Part shown: positions 7,575-17,506 of the stretch, one piece after another | Position numbering within the stretch: position 1 is the stretch's first letter | Layout of the letters: every line of letters begins with the position of its first letter | From: an uncultured Collinsella sp. | GTDB lineage: Bacteria > Actinomycetota > Coriobacteriia > Coriobacteriales > Coriobacteriaceae | Reading direction: 5' to 3' | Length of the DNA stretch: 64,000 nt | Assembly (NCBI GenBank): GCA_934667065.1 | Contig: CAKULD010000001.1 | Span: 145,105 to 209,104, forward strand | Program-made: the position numbers and the translations under genes | The notes under the pieces: generated by a model | The model's input: only the letters and a program-made list of their open reading frames with translations | Databases searched by the model: none | Told to the model about the DNA's origin: nothing

Positions 7575-9026
7575 GTGGCAGGCTGGAATCTAACCGGCAA
7601 TGCCGTTTCCGCCGAGTTCGACGGGGCGGACGAACAGGAGCGCAAAGAGCTCAGCGTGAGCCAGGCGGTCGAGATCGCCGCTGGTGCGCTCGATGCCATT
7701 CCGCAGCTGAGCGTTTTGGGCGAGGTCACGGGCTTTCGTGGCCCCAATGCCCGAAGCGGCCACTGCTACTTCCAGATCAAGGACGACTCGGCTGCCGTCG
7801 ACTGCATCATCTGGAAGGGCGCCTATCTTAAGCGCACCTTCGATTTGCGCGACGGTATGCAGGTGAGCTTTAAGGGCAGCTTTAACCTCTACAAGCCCAC
7901 GGGCCGTATGAGCTTTGTCGCTCGCTCATTCTCGCTGGCGGGGGAGGGCCTGCTGCGTCAACAGGTGGCGCAATTGGCCGAAAAGCTGCGCCGCGAGGGG
8001 CTGATGGACGAGTCCCGCAAACGTCGCATCCCAGTGTTTTGCTCACGCGTGGCGGTCGTCACCTCGCTTTCCGGCGCCGTGATCGATGACGTCAAGCGTA
8101 CGCTGCGCCGTCGCAACCCGCTCGTCGAGCTTGTCTGTGTGGGTGCCAAGGTCCAAGGCGAGGGTGCGCCTGCCGAGCTTATTGAAGGCTTGCGCCGCGC
8201 CGCTGCCATTACGCCGGCGCCCGATTGCATTTTGCTCGTGCGTGGCGGCGGTTCCTTCGAGGATCTTATGACCTTTAACGACGAAGAGCTTGCCCGTGCG
8301 GTGGCGGCCTGTCCCGTGCCTGTGGTGACCGGTATTGGCCATGAGCCCGATACCTCGATCTGCGATATGGTGAGCGACCGTCGTGCCTCCACGCCCACGG
8401 CAGCGGCAGAATCCGTGGCACCGGCTATGACAGAGCTGGCGGATGTGCTCGAGACGCGCCATCAGCGCCTAGGTGCTGCGATGGCTTCGATGATCGGGTC
8501 GGATCAGGTCGATCTGGAGATGCTCGATCAGCGTGGTCGGCGTGCCTGGGATACCTATACGACGCGCTTGGGCGATGCGCTCGATGCGGCCGCGTGCCGC
8601 CCGTGCCTGAACGATCCAACGTTTATGGTTGAGCGTCGCGAGTCGGAGCTTGCCCTGACGGCCGATCGCCTGTCGGGCGCCATTGCGCGCTCGGTCGGTG
8701 CCTTCCGCTCCAACTTCGAGCGTCTGCCCGAGCGCTTGGTCGCAAGCACCTCGGGGCTCGATGGCAAGCGCCATGCGCTCACGCTCGCGAGTTCCCGTCT
8801 GGAGCATCAGGGACGCACGATGTTGAGCAAACCCGCGTCCGACTTGGGTCGCGCAGCGGCCTCGCTCGATGCCCTGTCACCGCTCAAGGTGCTTGCCCGC
8901 GGCTACTCCATCGCATACAGCGATGGCGGCGTGGCTACGAGCGCTAAGACTTTTAAGCCCGGTGACGCCATCCGCGTGCGTATGGCGGATGGTAACGTGG
9001 CAGCAACCGTCGATACGGTTGAGTAA
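7575..9026 (+). CDS. xseA: Exodeoxyribonuclease VII large subunit
   Basis: OB-fold N-terminus (GEVTGFRGPNARSGHCYFQIKD), a catalytic core (LVRGGGSFEDL, TGIGHE.D) and a coiled-coil tail. The GTG at 7575 follows AAAGGAGG; the ORF opens at 7548. Confidence 0.9.
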   Translation: MAGWNLTGNAVSAEFDGADEQERKELSVSQAVEIAAGALDAIPQLSVLGEVTGFRGPNARSGHCYFQIKDDSAAVDCIIWKGAYLKRTFDLRDGMQVSFKGSFNLYKPTGRMSFVARSFSLAGEGLLRQQVAQLAEKLRREGLMDESRKRRIPVFCSRVAVVTSLSGAVIDDVKRTLRRRNPLVELVCVGAKVQGEGAPAELIEGLRRAAAITPAPDCILLVRGGGSFEDLMTFNDEELARAVAACPVPVVTGIGHEPDTSICDMVSDRRASTPTAAAESVAPAMTELADVLETRHQRLGAAMASMIGSDQVDLEMLDQRGRRAWDTYTTRLGDALDAAACRPCLNDPTFMVERRESELALTADRLSGAIARSVGAFRSNFERLPERLVASTSGLDGKRHALTLASSRLEHQGRTMLSKPASDLGRAAASLDALSPLKVLARGYSIAYSDGGVATSAKTFKPGDAIRVRMADGNVAATVDTVE

Positions 9027-9068
9027 ACCGTGTTTTATGGTGATAGACCTTTAGGAAAGGAAACAGAT

Positions 9069-9335
9069 ATGGCAGAGAAGACCCCGGTCGAGCAGCTTAC
9101 GTACAAGCAGGCCTCGCAGGAGCTGGAGCTCATTATCCGCAGCCTGGAGTCGGGCGACATGGAACTCGAGGAGTCGCTCGAGAGCTACACCCGCGGCGTC
9201 GAGCTCCTCAAGAGCCTGCGTACCCGCCTGGCCGATGCCGAGCAGAAGGTCTCGGTGCTCCTTAAGGACGTCGACGGCAACGACGTGCTCGCCGACGGCG
9301 AAGCCGCTAACACCGAGGACAACCTCTCGTTCTAA
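9069..9335 (+). CDS. xseB: Exodeoxyribonuclease VII small subunit
   Basis: 88 aa. It carries the LTYKQASQELELIIRSLESGDMELEESL signature and lies immediately after xseA. Confidence 0.9.
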   Translation: MAEKTPVEQLTYKQASQELELIIRSLESGDMELEESLESYTRGVELLKSLRTRLADAEQKVSVLLKDVDGNDVLADGEAANTEDNLSF

Positions 9336-9336
9336 C

Positions 9337-9478
9337 CACCTCGCAGCCCACTTTGGGGTAGTCTTTTGGGAGGGGGCTTTTTTGACTACCCTTGCGCGAT
9401 AGCTCGCCGAACGCTTGTGTTCGCGCCAAAAGTAGTCAAAAAAGCCCCGTCCCAAAAGACTACCCAGGTGGGTGGGTC
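9337..9478. repeat. About 140-nt imperfect palindrome between convergent xseB and the MerR gene
   Basis: 34-nt arms at 9356-9389 and 9432-9465 (GGGTAGTCTTTTGGGAGGGGGCTTTTTTGACTAC and its complement, 1 mismatch). There is an inner GCGCGA/TCGCGC pairing. Each arm resembles a terminator (G-rich stem plus T6). Confidence 0.8.
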
Positions 9479-9530
9479 ATTAGGGGTGAATGTGGCTTGC
9501 CTTTCGGCGCGCTAAAGATGAGTTGAGATG

Positions 9531-10361
9531 CTATCGCTTCTCAATTACATTGGGTTCAACCATTATTTCAAGCGTGTGTAAATACTCATCTTGATTGTCG
9601 GATATGTATTCGCTTACATACCAGAATTCTAAAAGGGGACCCGTGGCAACGAGGCGATTCCGGTCCATGAATTCGTTCATTTCCCTCCATACTATCGGCG
9701 TTATTTCTGCAGGGCCGGTGGTTGTCCTGCAAAGATAGTCGCCTTCCGGGAAAATCTCACACCCTTTATCGTCACTTGACCCGAGCGAAAGCAGCGTTTT
9801 CTTTGCTACTAAGCAACCGTCGGTGCTCCTGCGCGATGGGTCAAGGATGAAGCATGGAACCGTGTGTATCGAGTCGATTTCCATCCCGAGTTCTTTCATG
9901 CGTTTAATGGTGGCGTAGGGAATTATGTCGCCGCTTAGCTCGTCTTCGCTTACGATGACATATCCTCGGGGTCCCTTATGAACCACCCTCGATTGCTTCT
10001 CCTCGCGCGCTCTTAACGACATGGATATATTTTGCATGCAATGCTCGATCTTTCGGCGCCGTTGCGATAGCTTTGCAATGGCTGCGTCGATGCTGTCAAG
10101 TTCGTTGCTGAACAGCTCAAAGCTTGTTTCGAGCGAATGGTTGTCTAGGAAAGACCTGATTTCGCTAAGCGTGTAATTCATGTTGAGCATTGACATGATG
10201 ATGTTAAGCCTGCCGAAATCGTCCTTCCTGTATTCACGGTAGGCATTCGCTCCGCGCTTTGGGGCAACTAGACCAATTGACTCGTAATAGCGAAGGGTGT
10301 CTGCGCTTACGCCGTAGAGGCCGGCCGTCTGCTTGATATTAAGGGAAAACTCGCGTTCCAT
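9531..10361 (-). CDS. MerR-family transcriptional regulator with GyrI-like effector-binding domain
   Basis: The N-terminal HTH is IKQTAGLYGVSADTLRYYESIGLV. The C-terminal ~150 aa looks like a GyrI/BmrR effector domain. The start is at MEREF; the ORF extends to 10394. Confidence 0.8.
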   Translation of the reverse strand: MEREFSLNIKQTAGLYGVSADTLRYYESIGLVAPKRGANAYREYRKDDFGRLNIIMSMLNMNYTLSEIRSFLDNHSLETSFELFSNELDSIDAAIAKLSQRRRKIEHCMQNISMSLRAREEKQSRVVHKGPRGYVIVSEDELSGDIIPYATIKRMKELGMEIDSIHTVPCFILDPSRRSTDGCLVAKKTLLSLGSSDDKGCEIFPEGDYLCRTTTGPAEITPIVWREMNEFMDRNRLVATGPLLEFWYVSEYISDNQDEYLHTLEIMVEPNVIEKR

Positions 10362-10606
10362 GTCACACCTTCCGACTGCCCTAGGGCCACTCAAAACCTT
10401 GGAACTATTCTAATGTTTGTTACACCGTCATTGTCGGGCAAGCGGTCGTTTTGACGAGGTGAACGGTATTAAGCGCCTGGTTTCCAGTTGGTATTCCATT
10501 GAAACACGTCGTTGACCTTTGACTTTCCCCAAATATTAAGATGGCTTCAAGCCAGCTAGCTTAAACCATATCGATCTAGCATCTTAATTGTGAGGAAGGA
10601 CAAGCA

Positions 10607-12097
10607 ATGAAGGTCAAGACTAGGACGGGCATAGTTTCGGGCAAGACGCTCGATAACGGGGTTGAAGCATTTTTGGGCATCCCCTATGCAAAGCAACCGG
10701 TAGGTGATCTTCGCTGGCGTGCCCCCGAGCGCCTTGACGATTCCGATGAGGTAATTGAATGCGTGGAATTCGGGCATTCTGCCAGGCAGTTTATCGATGA
10801 AGTCGAACTCGCTTCGCTTCATGAGCAGGGGGAGGATTGCCTGAGCCTTAACGTGTGGGTCAGGGGACACGAGCGCAAGAACCTTCCTGTCATGGTGTAT
10901 ATCCATGGAGGTGCCTACTTCTCAGGCGGATCTGCCGACCCGCTATATAACGGCTCCAATTTTGCGGCAGCGAAGGATGTCGTTATTGTTTCGATTAACT
11001 ACCGTCTGAACTTGTTTGGATCGCTGCTGCTCGATTGCCTGCCGGGTGGGGAGGATTACAAAGAGGCTGGTTATCTTGCCATTCTTGATCAAATCCGCGC
11101 GCTCGAGTGGGTGCATGAGAATATTTCCGCCTTCGGCGGTGACCCCAATTGCGTTACGCTTTTCGGTGAGTCGGCAGGTTCTTCCAGCCAGGCTCTTCTA
11201 TCCATTTTGCCAGAGGCAAATAAGTATTTCCAACGTGCGATTTTGGAATCCGGCCCTATCCAGCTTTATAAGACCCGTGAGCGCGGCGAGCACTTTGCTC
11301 GGGAGTTCGCCGAAATCATGGGATGCAAAACCGCCCAAGATCTCTTGGCGAAGTCGGCAGACGAGCTCATTGAGGGCATGCAGGTGTGGTGCGATCGTCA
11401 TACTTACGAAGTGTCGCTAATTTTCTCGCCGGTTTGCGACGGTACTTTCCTTCCTAAAAAGCCGATGAAGGCCTGGGCGGAGGGCGCAGCCAAGGATATC
11501 GATATTATGATTGGGTGTACCGAGGACGAGTTTACGTATTTCCATTTCTACTTCGATGACCTTCCCGGATTCTGGCACGGCCAATTCCCGATTCATTTTG
11601 ATGATCAGATTGATATTGATTACTGGGAGCAGGCATATCGAGAGGCATGGCCTGAGCGCGATTTTGCCGAGAATTACACCAATTTTATGAACTCAACCGG
11701 TTTCTTTGTCGGCACCGACCTTATGGCTGAAGAGCAGTCGGCGTTTAAGCCCGTGTACAACTATTTGTTCCGTTATAAATCTCGTGTCGAGGGAATGGGT
11801 TCTTGCCACGCAATCGAGGTGCCGTTCGTTTTCAAGAATCTTGATACCGCGAGTGGTCTGATGTTTACGGGCGACAATCCTCCAGCGCATCTCGCGGATG
11901 AAGTGAACGATGCGTGGTTCAGCTTTGCGAAGACGGGCAAGCCGATTGTTGAAGGCAAGGCGCCATGGGACCCCTATACCGCTGAGAACCACATTCATAT
12001 GGTAATTGACGACAACGAGTGGAAGCCGGTGCATTCGCTGCATGCGAAAGAAGATTCGGTGTTCCGTCCTATGTACGAGGTGCTACTCAACGATTAG
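10607..12097 (+). CDS. Carboxylesterase/lipase family protein (type B)
   Basis: 496 aa. It has the nucleophile elbow FGESAGS and an oxyanion region HGGAYFSGG. It is divergent from the MerR gene. Confidence 0.9.
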   Translation: MKVKTRTGIVSGKTLDNGVEAFLGIPYAKQPVGDLRWRAPERLDDSDEVIECVEFGHSARQFIDEVELASLHEQGEDCLSLNVWVRGHERKNLPVMVYIHGGAYFSGGSADPLYNGSNFAAAKDVVIVSINYRLNLFGSLLLDCLPGGEDYKEAGYLAILDQIRALEWVHENISAFGGDPNCVTLFGESAGSSSQALLSILPEANKYFQRAILESGPIQLYKTRERGEHFAREFAEIMGCKTAQDLLAKSADELIEGMQVWCDRHTYEVSLIFSPVCDGTFLPKKPMKAWAEGAAKDIDIMIGCTEDEFTYFHFYFDDLPGFWHGQFPIHFDDQIDIDYWEQAYREAWPERDFAENYTNFMNSTGFFVGTDLMAEEQSAFKPVYNYLFRYKSRVEGMGSCHAIEVPFVFKNLDTASGLMFTGDNPPAHLADEVNDAWFSFAKTGKPIVEGKAPWDPYTAENHIHMVIDDNEWKPVHSLHAKEDSVFRPMYEVLLND

Positions 12098-12174
12098 TGA
12101 AAGAAACTGCAATGGAGTGGGCTGATTAGCCCCATTGAATTCAGCTTGAACTATCCCTGCGTAAGGAGAAAGAA

Positions 12175-13392
12175 ATGGCTCAAGAAGAAAAGCTATCGGG
12201 TTATCGATGGATGATTTTATTCGTAGTTTGTCTCATTTGTTTTATGGCAAACTTCATGCAATATCAGGTTTCAGCGTGGGGCGTCGTTGTGATGACGACT
12301 CTCGGTATCGATGCTGGTGGACTTACCAATCTTATGCTGATGCCGATGCTCACCGCTGTGTTTTTGTCGATTCCAGCAGGATCTCTTGCTGATCGCTACG
12401 GCGTTAAGCTTGTCGTGTCAATTGGCATGGTGCTTTCTGCCGTGGGCGGCTTTCTGCGCTATTTCATGATTAATGACTTTACCATGCAGATCGTTTCGAT
12501 GTTTATGATCGGCTTTGGCATTGCGGCGCTCAATGCCAACCTGGCAAAGGTACTGGGTTCCTGGTTTAAACAGCAGACCTCCCTTGCCGTGGGAGTTTTC
12601 TATGCCGCTTCATGTGTGTCCATCGTGATAGCCCAGGCATTCAGCACTTATTTTCCTTCGCTTGACGTGTCTTATCTGGTTGCTGCTATTGCCGAAGCTG
12701 TAGCTGCTGCTCTGTGGATCTTCTTTATGAGGAACGTCCCGGAGGGCGAGCCCATGCCCGAGCCCGAGCCGGTCATGAAGTACATTAAGATTGCCGCAAA
12801 GTCGCGCGGCGTTTGGTGCATTGCCTTGGCTTATGGCCTAACCCTCGCTTCAACCACGGCATATTGTGCAATTCTCCCGTCTGCACTCGAACTCGTTCGC
12901 GGTGTTGATACTGCTACTGCTGGATCTATGGCAGCAATCATTACTGTCGGCAGCTTCTTTGCCTGTTTTGCGGGACCGGCTGCCGTCCTCAAGCTCGGTA
13001 AGAACAAGCCGTTTCTCATTGTAACGACGGTGATTGCCGCTGTTGTAATGGTTGCAAACTGGTTTTTGCCGCTTGGCACCGTCATGTGGGTGGCTCTCGT
13101 CCTCAACGGTTTTATGACGGCTCTTTCCGGCCCTATTATTCAGGCAATGACTCCTGACCTTCCCGAGATTGGTGCAAAATATGCTGGTAGCGCTGGCGGA
13201 ATAATCGGTACCGTTGGCCTTCTTTGCTCCTATTTTGTTCCCGTTATTGTCTCGTCAATTTCTGGCGACAATTGGACGTTGAACTTTACGATCGAATCGA
13301 TTCTCTTCCTCGCCAGTGTTTTGCCTATTGCGATGCTGCCTGAAACTGGCGCTGCGGCAAAAGCCGAGATGCCTGAGGCCACTGAAATATAA
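12175..13392 (+). CDS. MFS transporter
   Basis: 405 aa with about 12 TM segments and the MFS loop motif GSLADRYG. Confidence 0.85.
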   Translation: MAQEEKLSGYRWMILFVVCLICFMANFMQYQVSAWGVVVMTTLGIDAGGLTNLMLMPMLTAVFLSIPAGSLADRYGVKLVVSIGMVLSAVGGFLRYFMINDFTMQIVSMFMIGFGIAALNANLAKVLGSWFKQQTSLAVGVFYAASCVSIVIAQAFSTYFPSLDVSYLVAAIAEAVAAALWIFFMRNVPEGEPMPEPEPVMKYIKIAAKSRGVWCIALAYGLTLASTTAYCAILPSALELVRGVDTATAGSMAAIITVGSFFACFAGPAAVLKLGKNKPFLIVTTVIAAVVMVANWFLPLGTVMWVALVLNGFMTALSGPIIQAMTPDLPEIGAKYAGSAGGIIGTVGLLCSYFVPVIVSSISGDNWTLNFTIESILFLASVLPIAMLPETGAAAKAEMPEATEI

Positions 13393-13466
13393 TAGAACGC
13401 TGTTTCGCATGGTCGCGGCCTCCTGATGATAGGGGACGCGACCATTTTTAAAGTGAGGTGGGCACC

Positions 13467-14687
13467 ATGGACGGTGACGCACGGGAAATAACGCTCAGGG
13501 ATGAGCAGGGGCCGGCTTCGAGCGGTTACCGCTGGTTAATATTGCTGTTGACGTGTGGCCTCTGTTTTTTGGGCAACTATATGCAGTATCAGGTCGCCGC
13601 CTACGCCACGGTCATCATGCCTCAGATGAATATCGACCCTGTCGGATTCTCGTCTCTCTTTCTGGCGCCAATGCTCGCGGCGGTTTTCTTTAGTCTTCCG
13701 TTCGGATCACTTGGAGATAGGTTTGGGCCCAAAGTAGTGATACTTGGCGGGTTTTGCGTTTCCTTAGTTGGCGGCGCGATCAGAATAATCAGCCTATCGA
13801 ACTTTCCTGCTCAACTTGTCTCGATGTTTTGCATTGGCGTGGGGATGGCGGCATTGACTGCCAATAATGCAAAGACGCTTGGACTTTGGTTTGCAGATAA
13901 GACGGATGTTGCGATGGGCATTTACTATGCGGCGACTTGCTTTGGCATCGCGGCGGCCCAGGCGTCATCGGCGTTTATGCCTTCCGTGCTAATGGGCTAT
14001 ACAGCTGCAGAAGGGTTGTTGGCCGTTCTGACTATCTTCTGGAGCATATTTGGTAGGAACGTGCAGAATGACTCACTTATTCCTGATGGCATTGAGCACG
14101 ACCAAGCACTTTTGACTGCATTTCGCTCGCGCAACGTTTGGCTTTGCGCGATTTGCGCCGCTTTCTCACTTGCTGCCACGACCGCCTTTTCTGGTGTGCT
14201 GCCTCAGGCTCTTGAGCTTGTGCGAGGCACCGATGCCTCGACGGCCGGCGAAATGGCGGCGCTGACAACCGCTGCTGGGATTGTCGGTTGCTTGATTGCT
14301 CCGATTCTTTACGGCAAATGCCGCCTTACGCGACCGTATCTTGTGATTGTCGGGCTTCTTGGTTCCATTTCAATTGCGGTTGCGTGGTTTGCCTCGGGCT
14401 TAAAGTCCATGGGGGTATTGCTTGCGGTGTGCGGCATCGTTACGAGCATGATGGGTCCAGTTGTCCAGGCTCTGCCAGTCTCATTTGCAGAAATCGGCAC
14501 TCGTTATGCAGGCAGTGCTGGTGGCATTATGGCCGAAGTTAGCCTTTTGGGTTCTTATATGCTTCCTATTGGGATTGCGGCTATTTCCGGTTCAGATTAC
14601 GACAAACAAATGATGCTTATTACTCTGCTTTACGGTCTATCTGTCCTCCCGGTATTGATCATTCCCGAGGTCAAACGCTCTGAATAG
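13467..14687 (+). CDS. MFS transporter (paralog of 12175-13392)
   Basis: It shares SGYRW.IL...C....N.MQYQV and GSLGDRFG with the upstream gene. The ATG at 13467 has a GAGG SD; the ORF opens at a GTG at 13458. Confidence 0.85.
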   Translation: MDGDAREITLRDEQGPASSGYRWLILLLTCGLCFLGNYMQYQVAAYATVIMPQMNIDPVGFSSLFLAPMLAAVFFSLPFGSLGDRFGPKVVILGGFCVSLVGGAIRIISLSNFPAQLVSMFCIGVGMAALTANNAKTLGLWFADKTDVAMGIYYAATCFGIAAAQASSAFMPSVLMGYTAAEGLLAVLTIFWSIFGRNVQNDSLIPDGIEHDQALLTAFRSRNVWLCAICAAFSLAATTAFSGVLPQALELVRGTDASTAGEMAALTTAAGIVGCLIAPILYGKCRLTRPYLVIVGLLGSISIAVAWFASGLKSMGVLLAVCGIVTSMMGPVVQALPVSFAEIGTRYAGSAGGIMAEVSLLGSYMLPIGIAAISGSDYDKQMMLITLLYGLSVLPVLIIPEVKRSE

Positions 14688-14838
14688 GTACGAGCATATG
14701 GATGGATGAAGCCCTCTGGCCATTGCGATTGCCGGGGAATAGAATTCGCTCAATTGGGATCTTTGAAGTGGGCTAAACTGTTTTGGTGTTTCATTGAACA
14801 ACAGGACTTTTTGCGTTGTCACTAGAAAGGAACCAGCC

Positions 14839-15174
14839 ATGTGTGATTGCATCTTCTGCAAAATTGCCAACCACGAGATTCCCTCGACTGTTGTCTATGA
14901 GGACGACCAGGCCATCGCGTTCGACGACCTCAATCCCCAGGCGCCCGTCCACACGCTCGTGATCCCCAAAAAGCACTACAGCGACATCGCCGACAACGTG
15001 CCCGCCGAGACCATGGGCGCCATGGCTCACGCCATCCAGGAGGTCGCCAAGGCCAAGGGCCTGGAGGACGGTTTCCGCGTCATCTCCAACAAGGGCGTCA
15101 ACGCCGGCCAGACCGTCATGCACCTCCACATGCACGTTCTCGGCGGCAAGAACCTGGGCGAGAACCTCATCTGA
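14839..15174 (+). CDS. HIT-family (histidine triad) protein
   Basis: It has CIFCKI... and the HLHMHVLGG triad. Its G+C is visibly higher than that of the flanking genes. Confidence 0.9.
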   Translation: MCDCIFCKIANHEIPSTVVYEDDQAIAFDDLNPQAPVHTLVIPKKHYSDIADNVPAETMGAMAHAIQEVAKAKGLEDGFRVISNKGVNAGQTVMHLHMHVLGGKNLGENLI

Positions 15175-15215
15175 GGGCGCGCAGCCCGTCGCCTTGGCTG
15201 CCTTTGGAGTAATCT

Positions 15216-16106
15216 ATGCAGCTTTCTCAACTCGAATACCTTCAAGCGGTAGCGAACTATGGCGGCGTGCGCAAAGCAGCTCGCGCCGTTCATGTGAGTC
15301 CGCAGGCCGTTTCATCGGCAATTAAGAAGTTGGAATCTGAGTATCAGATTGTTTTGCTCGACCGATCGGTGGGGGAGGCTGTTTTGTCTCCGGCGGGCAG
15401 AGAATTTGCGCGTCGTGCACGCGTGATCCTGGCGCAAGTCGACGATCTCAAAAAGTACGCTCAATCGAGGGGCGATGGCGTTTCGCCCGACGGCCACTTT
15501 CGTCTTTACGCCCCTTGCCTTCATGGACGGGGGCGCCTTTTTGCCGAAAACTGGTATGACTCGTTTGAGCGCTTGCATCCTCAGATCCACCTCGATGTGT
15601 GGCATCAGCCAACTGCAACATGTTTTGAGTCGCTCATGCTTGGTATTTCGGATGCAGCCATCTCATTTGAAGAACCACGGGACAGCGCCCTTTCTTCGAA
15701 ATACTTGGGTGAAAAGGAGCTCAAGGTTCTTTCGTGCCCGGCGGGCCATCAATCTGTGGACGCTATGACCATTCGTGAGCTACTGGGCGGAAGGCTCGCT
15801 GTTCCAATTAATTTGTCGCCCTGTCTCAATGCAATCAACCAATGCCCCGAAGCTCAGCTCGTTAATTTCCGCTTCCGTGATGTTGAATACGGAAGCAGAG
15901 CTCAGGTTGAGTTTCTTCAAGCCGGGGGATTGATATTGAGTTTGTCTGGGTCCTCTCTCGCATCGGATGGATCAGAAGTGAGCGAGTGTTCCATTGAAGG
16001 ATCGCGTGACGTAACTCTGCCTATCTACTTTTGCTATCGGCAAAATGCGTGGACTGATCGACATCAGACAGTTTTCCTTCACCTATTGCGACATCTCGCT
16101 TCGTGA
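15216..16106 (+). CDS. LysR-family transcriptional regulator
   Basis: N-terminal HTH (LEYLQAVANYGGVRKAARAVHVSPQAVSSAIKKLE) followed by a substrate-binding-like C-terminus. Confidence 0.85.
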   Translation: MQLSQLEYLQAVANYGGVRKAARAVHVSPQAVSSAIKKLESEYQIVLLDRSVGEAVLSPAGREFARRARVILAQVDDLKKYAQSRGDGVSPDGHFRLYAPCLHGRGRLFAENWYDSFERLHPQIHLDVWHQPTATCFESLMLGISDAAISFEEPRDSALSSKYLGEKELKVLSCPAGHQSVDAMTIRELLGGRLAVPINLSPCLNAINQCPEAQLVNFRFRDVEYGSRAQVEFLQAGGLILSLSGSSLASDGSEVSECSIEGSRDVTLPIYFCYRQNAWTDRHQTVFLHLLRHLAS

Positions 16107-16225
16107 GACTATTTGGTATCGTGGCATCAAGTGAATATTGACGCTTTGCAACGCATGGTTGACGGCTTCGCCCTCATACTTTTCAACGATTTCGGTTTGG
16201 ATTATTGACTCTTGGAGGGCGAAGC

Positions 16226-17386
16226 ATGAAAAACCGTATGGTTTTGCTTTATATGGCGTTCGTTTTCCTATCGAACTTCAGCACCATCTTGTTTTTTCTG
16301 ACGGTTTACCTTGAGTTTGTCGGATTCTCGATGGTGGCGATTTCTGGCATGATGATTGCATACCAAGTGAGCAAGTTCATTCTGGAGATTCCCACTGGCT
16401 TTATTGCTGACAGGTTTGGGCGAAAGGCGAGTGGCCTCGTCGGCGTCGTGGGAATGCTCGGGTACTATGCCGCCCTGCTTCTCATCCGGTCTCCTCTGCT
16501 TTTAATCGGAGCATTTGTTCTCAAGGGTTTTGCCGTCGCATGCGTGAGCGGATCCATCGAAGCGATTTATATTGACAGCGTCTCCCAAGAACAGCTCGTG
16601 AGACTTAATGTGGTTGAGCGATTCGTCTTCTATGCGTCTTATGCCCTTTCTGCTTGTGTGGGCGGTTTCATCTCGTCTGCCAGCGCGTATCTCATCGGTC
16701 TTTCGATCGATATCGTTGCAATGCTGTTGACGTTGGTTGTCGTTGCCTATATTCCTGGGGGACGAAGAGGGGACACCACTGTGACGCCCGGGCGTGGAAT
16801 TAGCCCGAAGATGATCGGGGACGCAATTGCGGGTAACGGCATTCTTCGCTCAGCGTTCATCATGGACTGTTCTCAGGCATTTGCTTTCGTCGCTTTGGAA
16901 GACTTTTTCTCGCTGCTGCTTGCGGGTCGCGGAATGAATGCCATCGCTTCGGGTGTGACCATTGCGGTCCAGCTCTTTGTCTCCGCCTCCATAGGGTTCA
17001 TTGTGCCCAGCGTGATTGCTCGTGTCGACAAGGGCCGTTTTGCGCGCATTTGCGGCATAGCGCGTCTTTGCCTAACCGCCTTGTTTTTGCTCCCCTTTAC
17101 TCCAGCCTATTTATTGCCTGTGTTTTATGTGCTGCAGACGGTCGCTTACGCGTTGTTTGCCCCAATCAAATACTCAGTTTTTCAAAATGCTGCTGATTCA
17201 TCGATGCGCTGTTCACTGATTTCGGTTCAAAGCCAGATGGTGGCGGTGGGCGCCGTTCTTTTCTATCTGCTCAATGCTGTGTTGAGTAGCGTTGTGGGTA
17301 TTCGGGTTGTGCTGCTTGTTGCGCTTGGGATTTCTTCTCTGGCGTATATTCCCGCGTTATTTCGTCTTACAAGCCAAAGACCATGA
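16226..17386 (+). CDS. MFS transporter
   Basis: About 12 TM segments and the motif GFIADRFGRK. The ATG at 16226 has a GGAGGG SD. Confidence 0.8.
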   Translation: MKNRMVLLYMAFVFLSNFSTILFFLTVYLEFVGFSMVAISGMMIAYQVSKFILEIPTGFIADRFGRKASGLVGVVGMLGYYAALLLIRSPLLLIGAFVLKGFAVACVSGSIEAIYIDSVSQEQLVRLNVVERFVFYASYALSACVGGFISSASAYLIGLSIDIVAMLLTLVVVAYIPGGRRGDTTVTPGRGISPKMIGDAIAGNGILRSAFIMDCSQAFAFVALEDFFSLLLAGRGMNAIASGVTIAVQLFVSASIGFIVPSVIARVDKGRFARICGIARLCLTALFLLPFTPAYLLPVFYVLQTVAYALFAPIKYSVFQNAADSSMRCSLISVQSQMVAVGAVLFYLLNAVLSSVVGIRVVLLVALGISSLAYIPALFRLTSQRP

Positions 17387-17506
17387 GCATGCATGCATCG
17401 ATAACTTATATATCAACGCAATAAACCCGAGCGCGAGGGCGTTTGGGTTTATTATTGAAGCGTATGTAACCTGGCGGCGCCACACCGCCTGTTAGTAGGG
17501 AGACAC

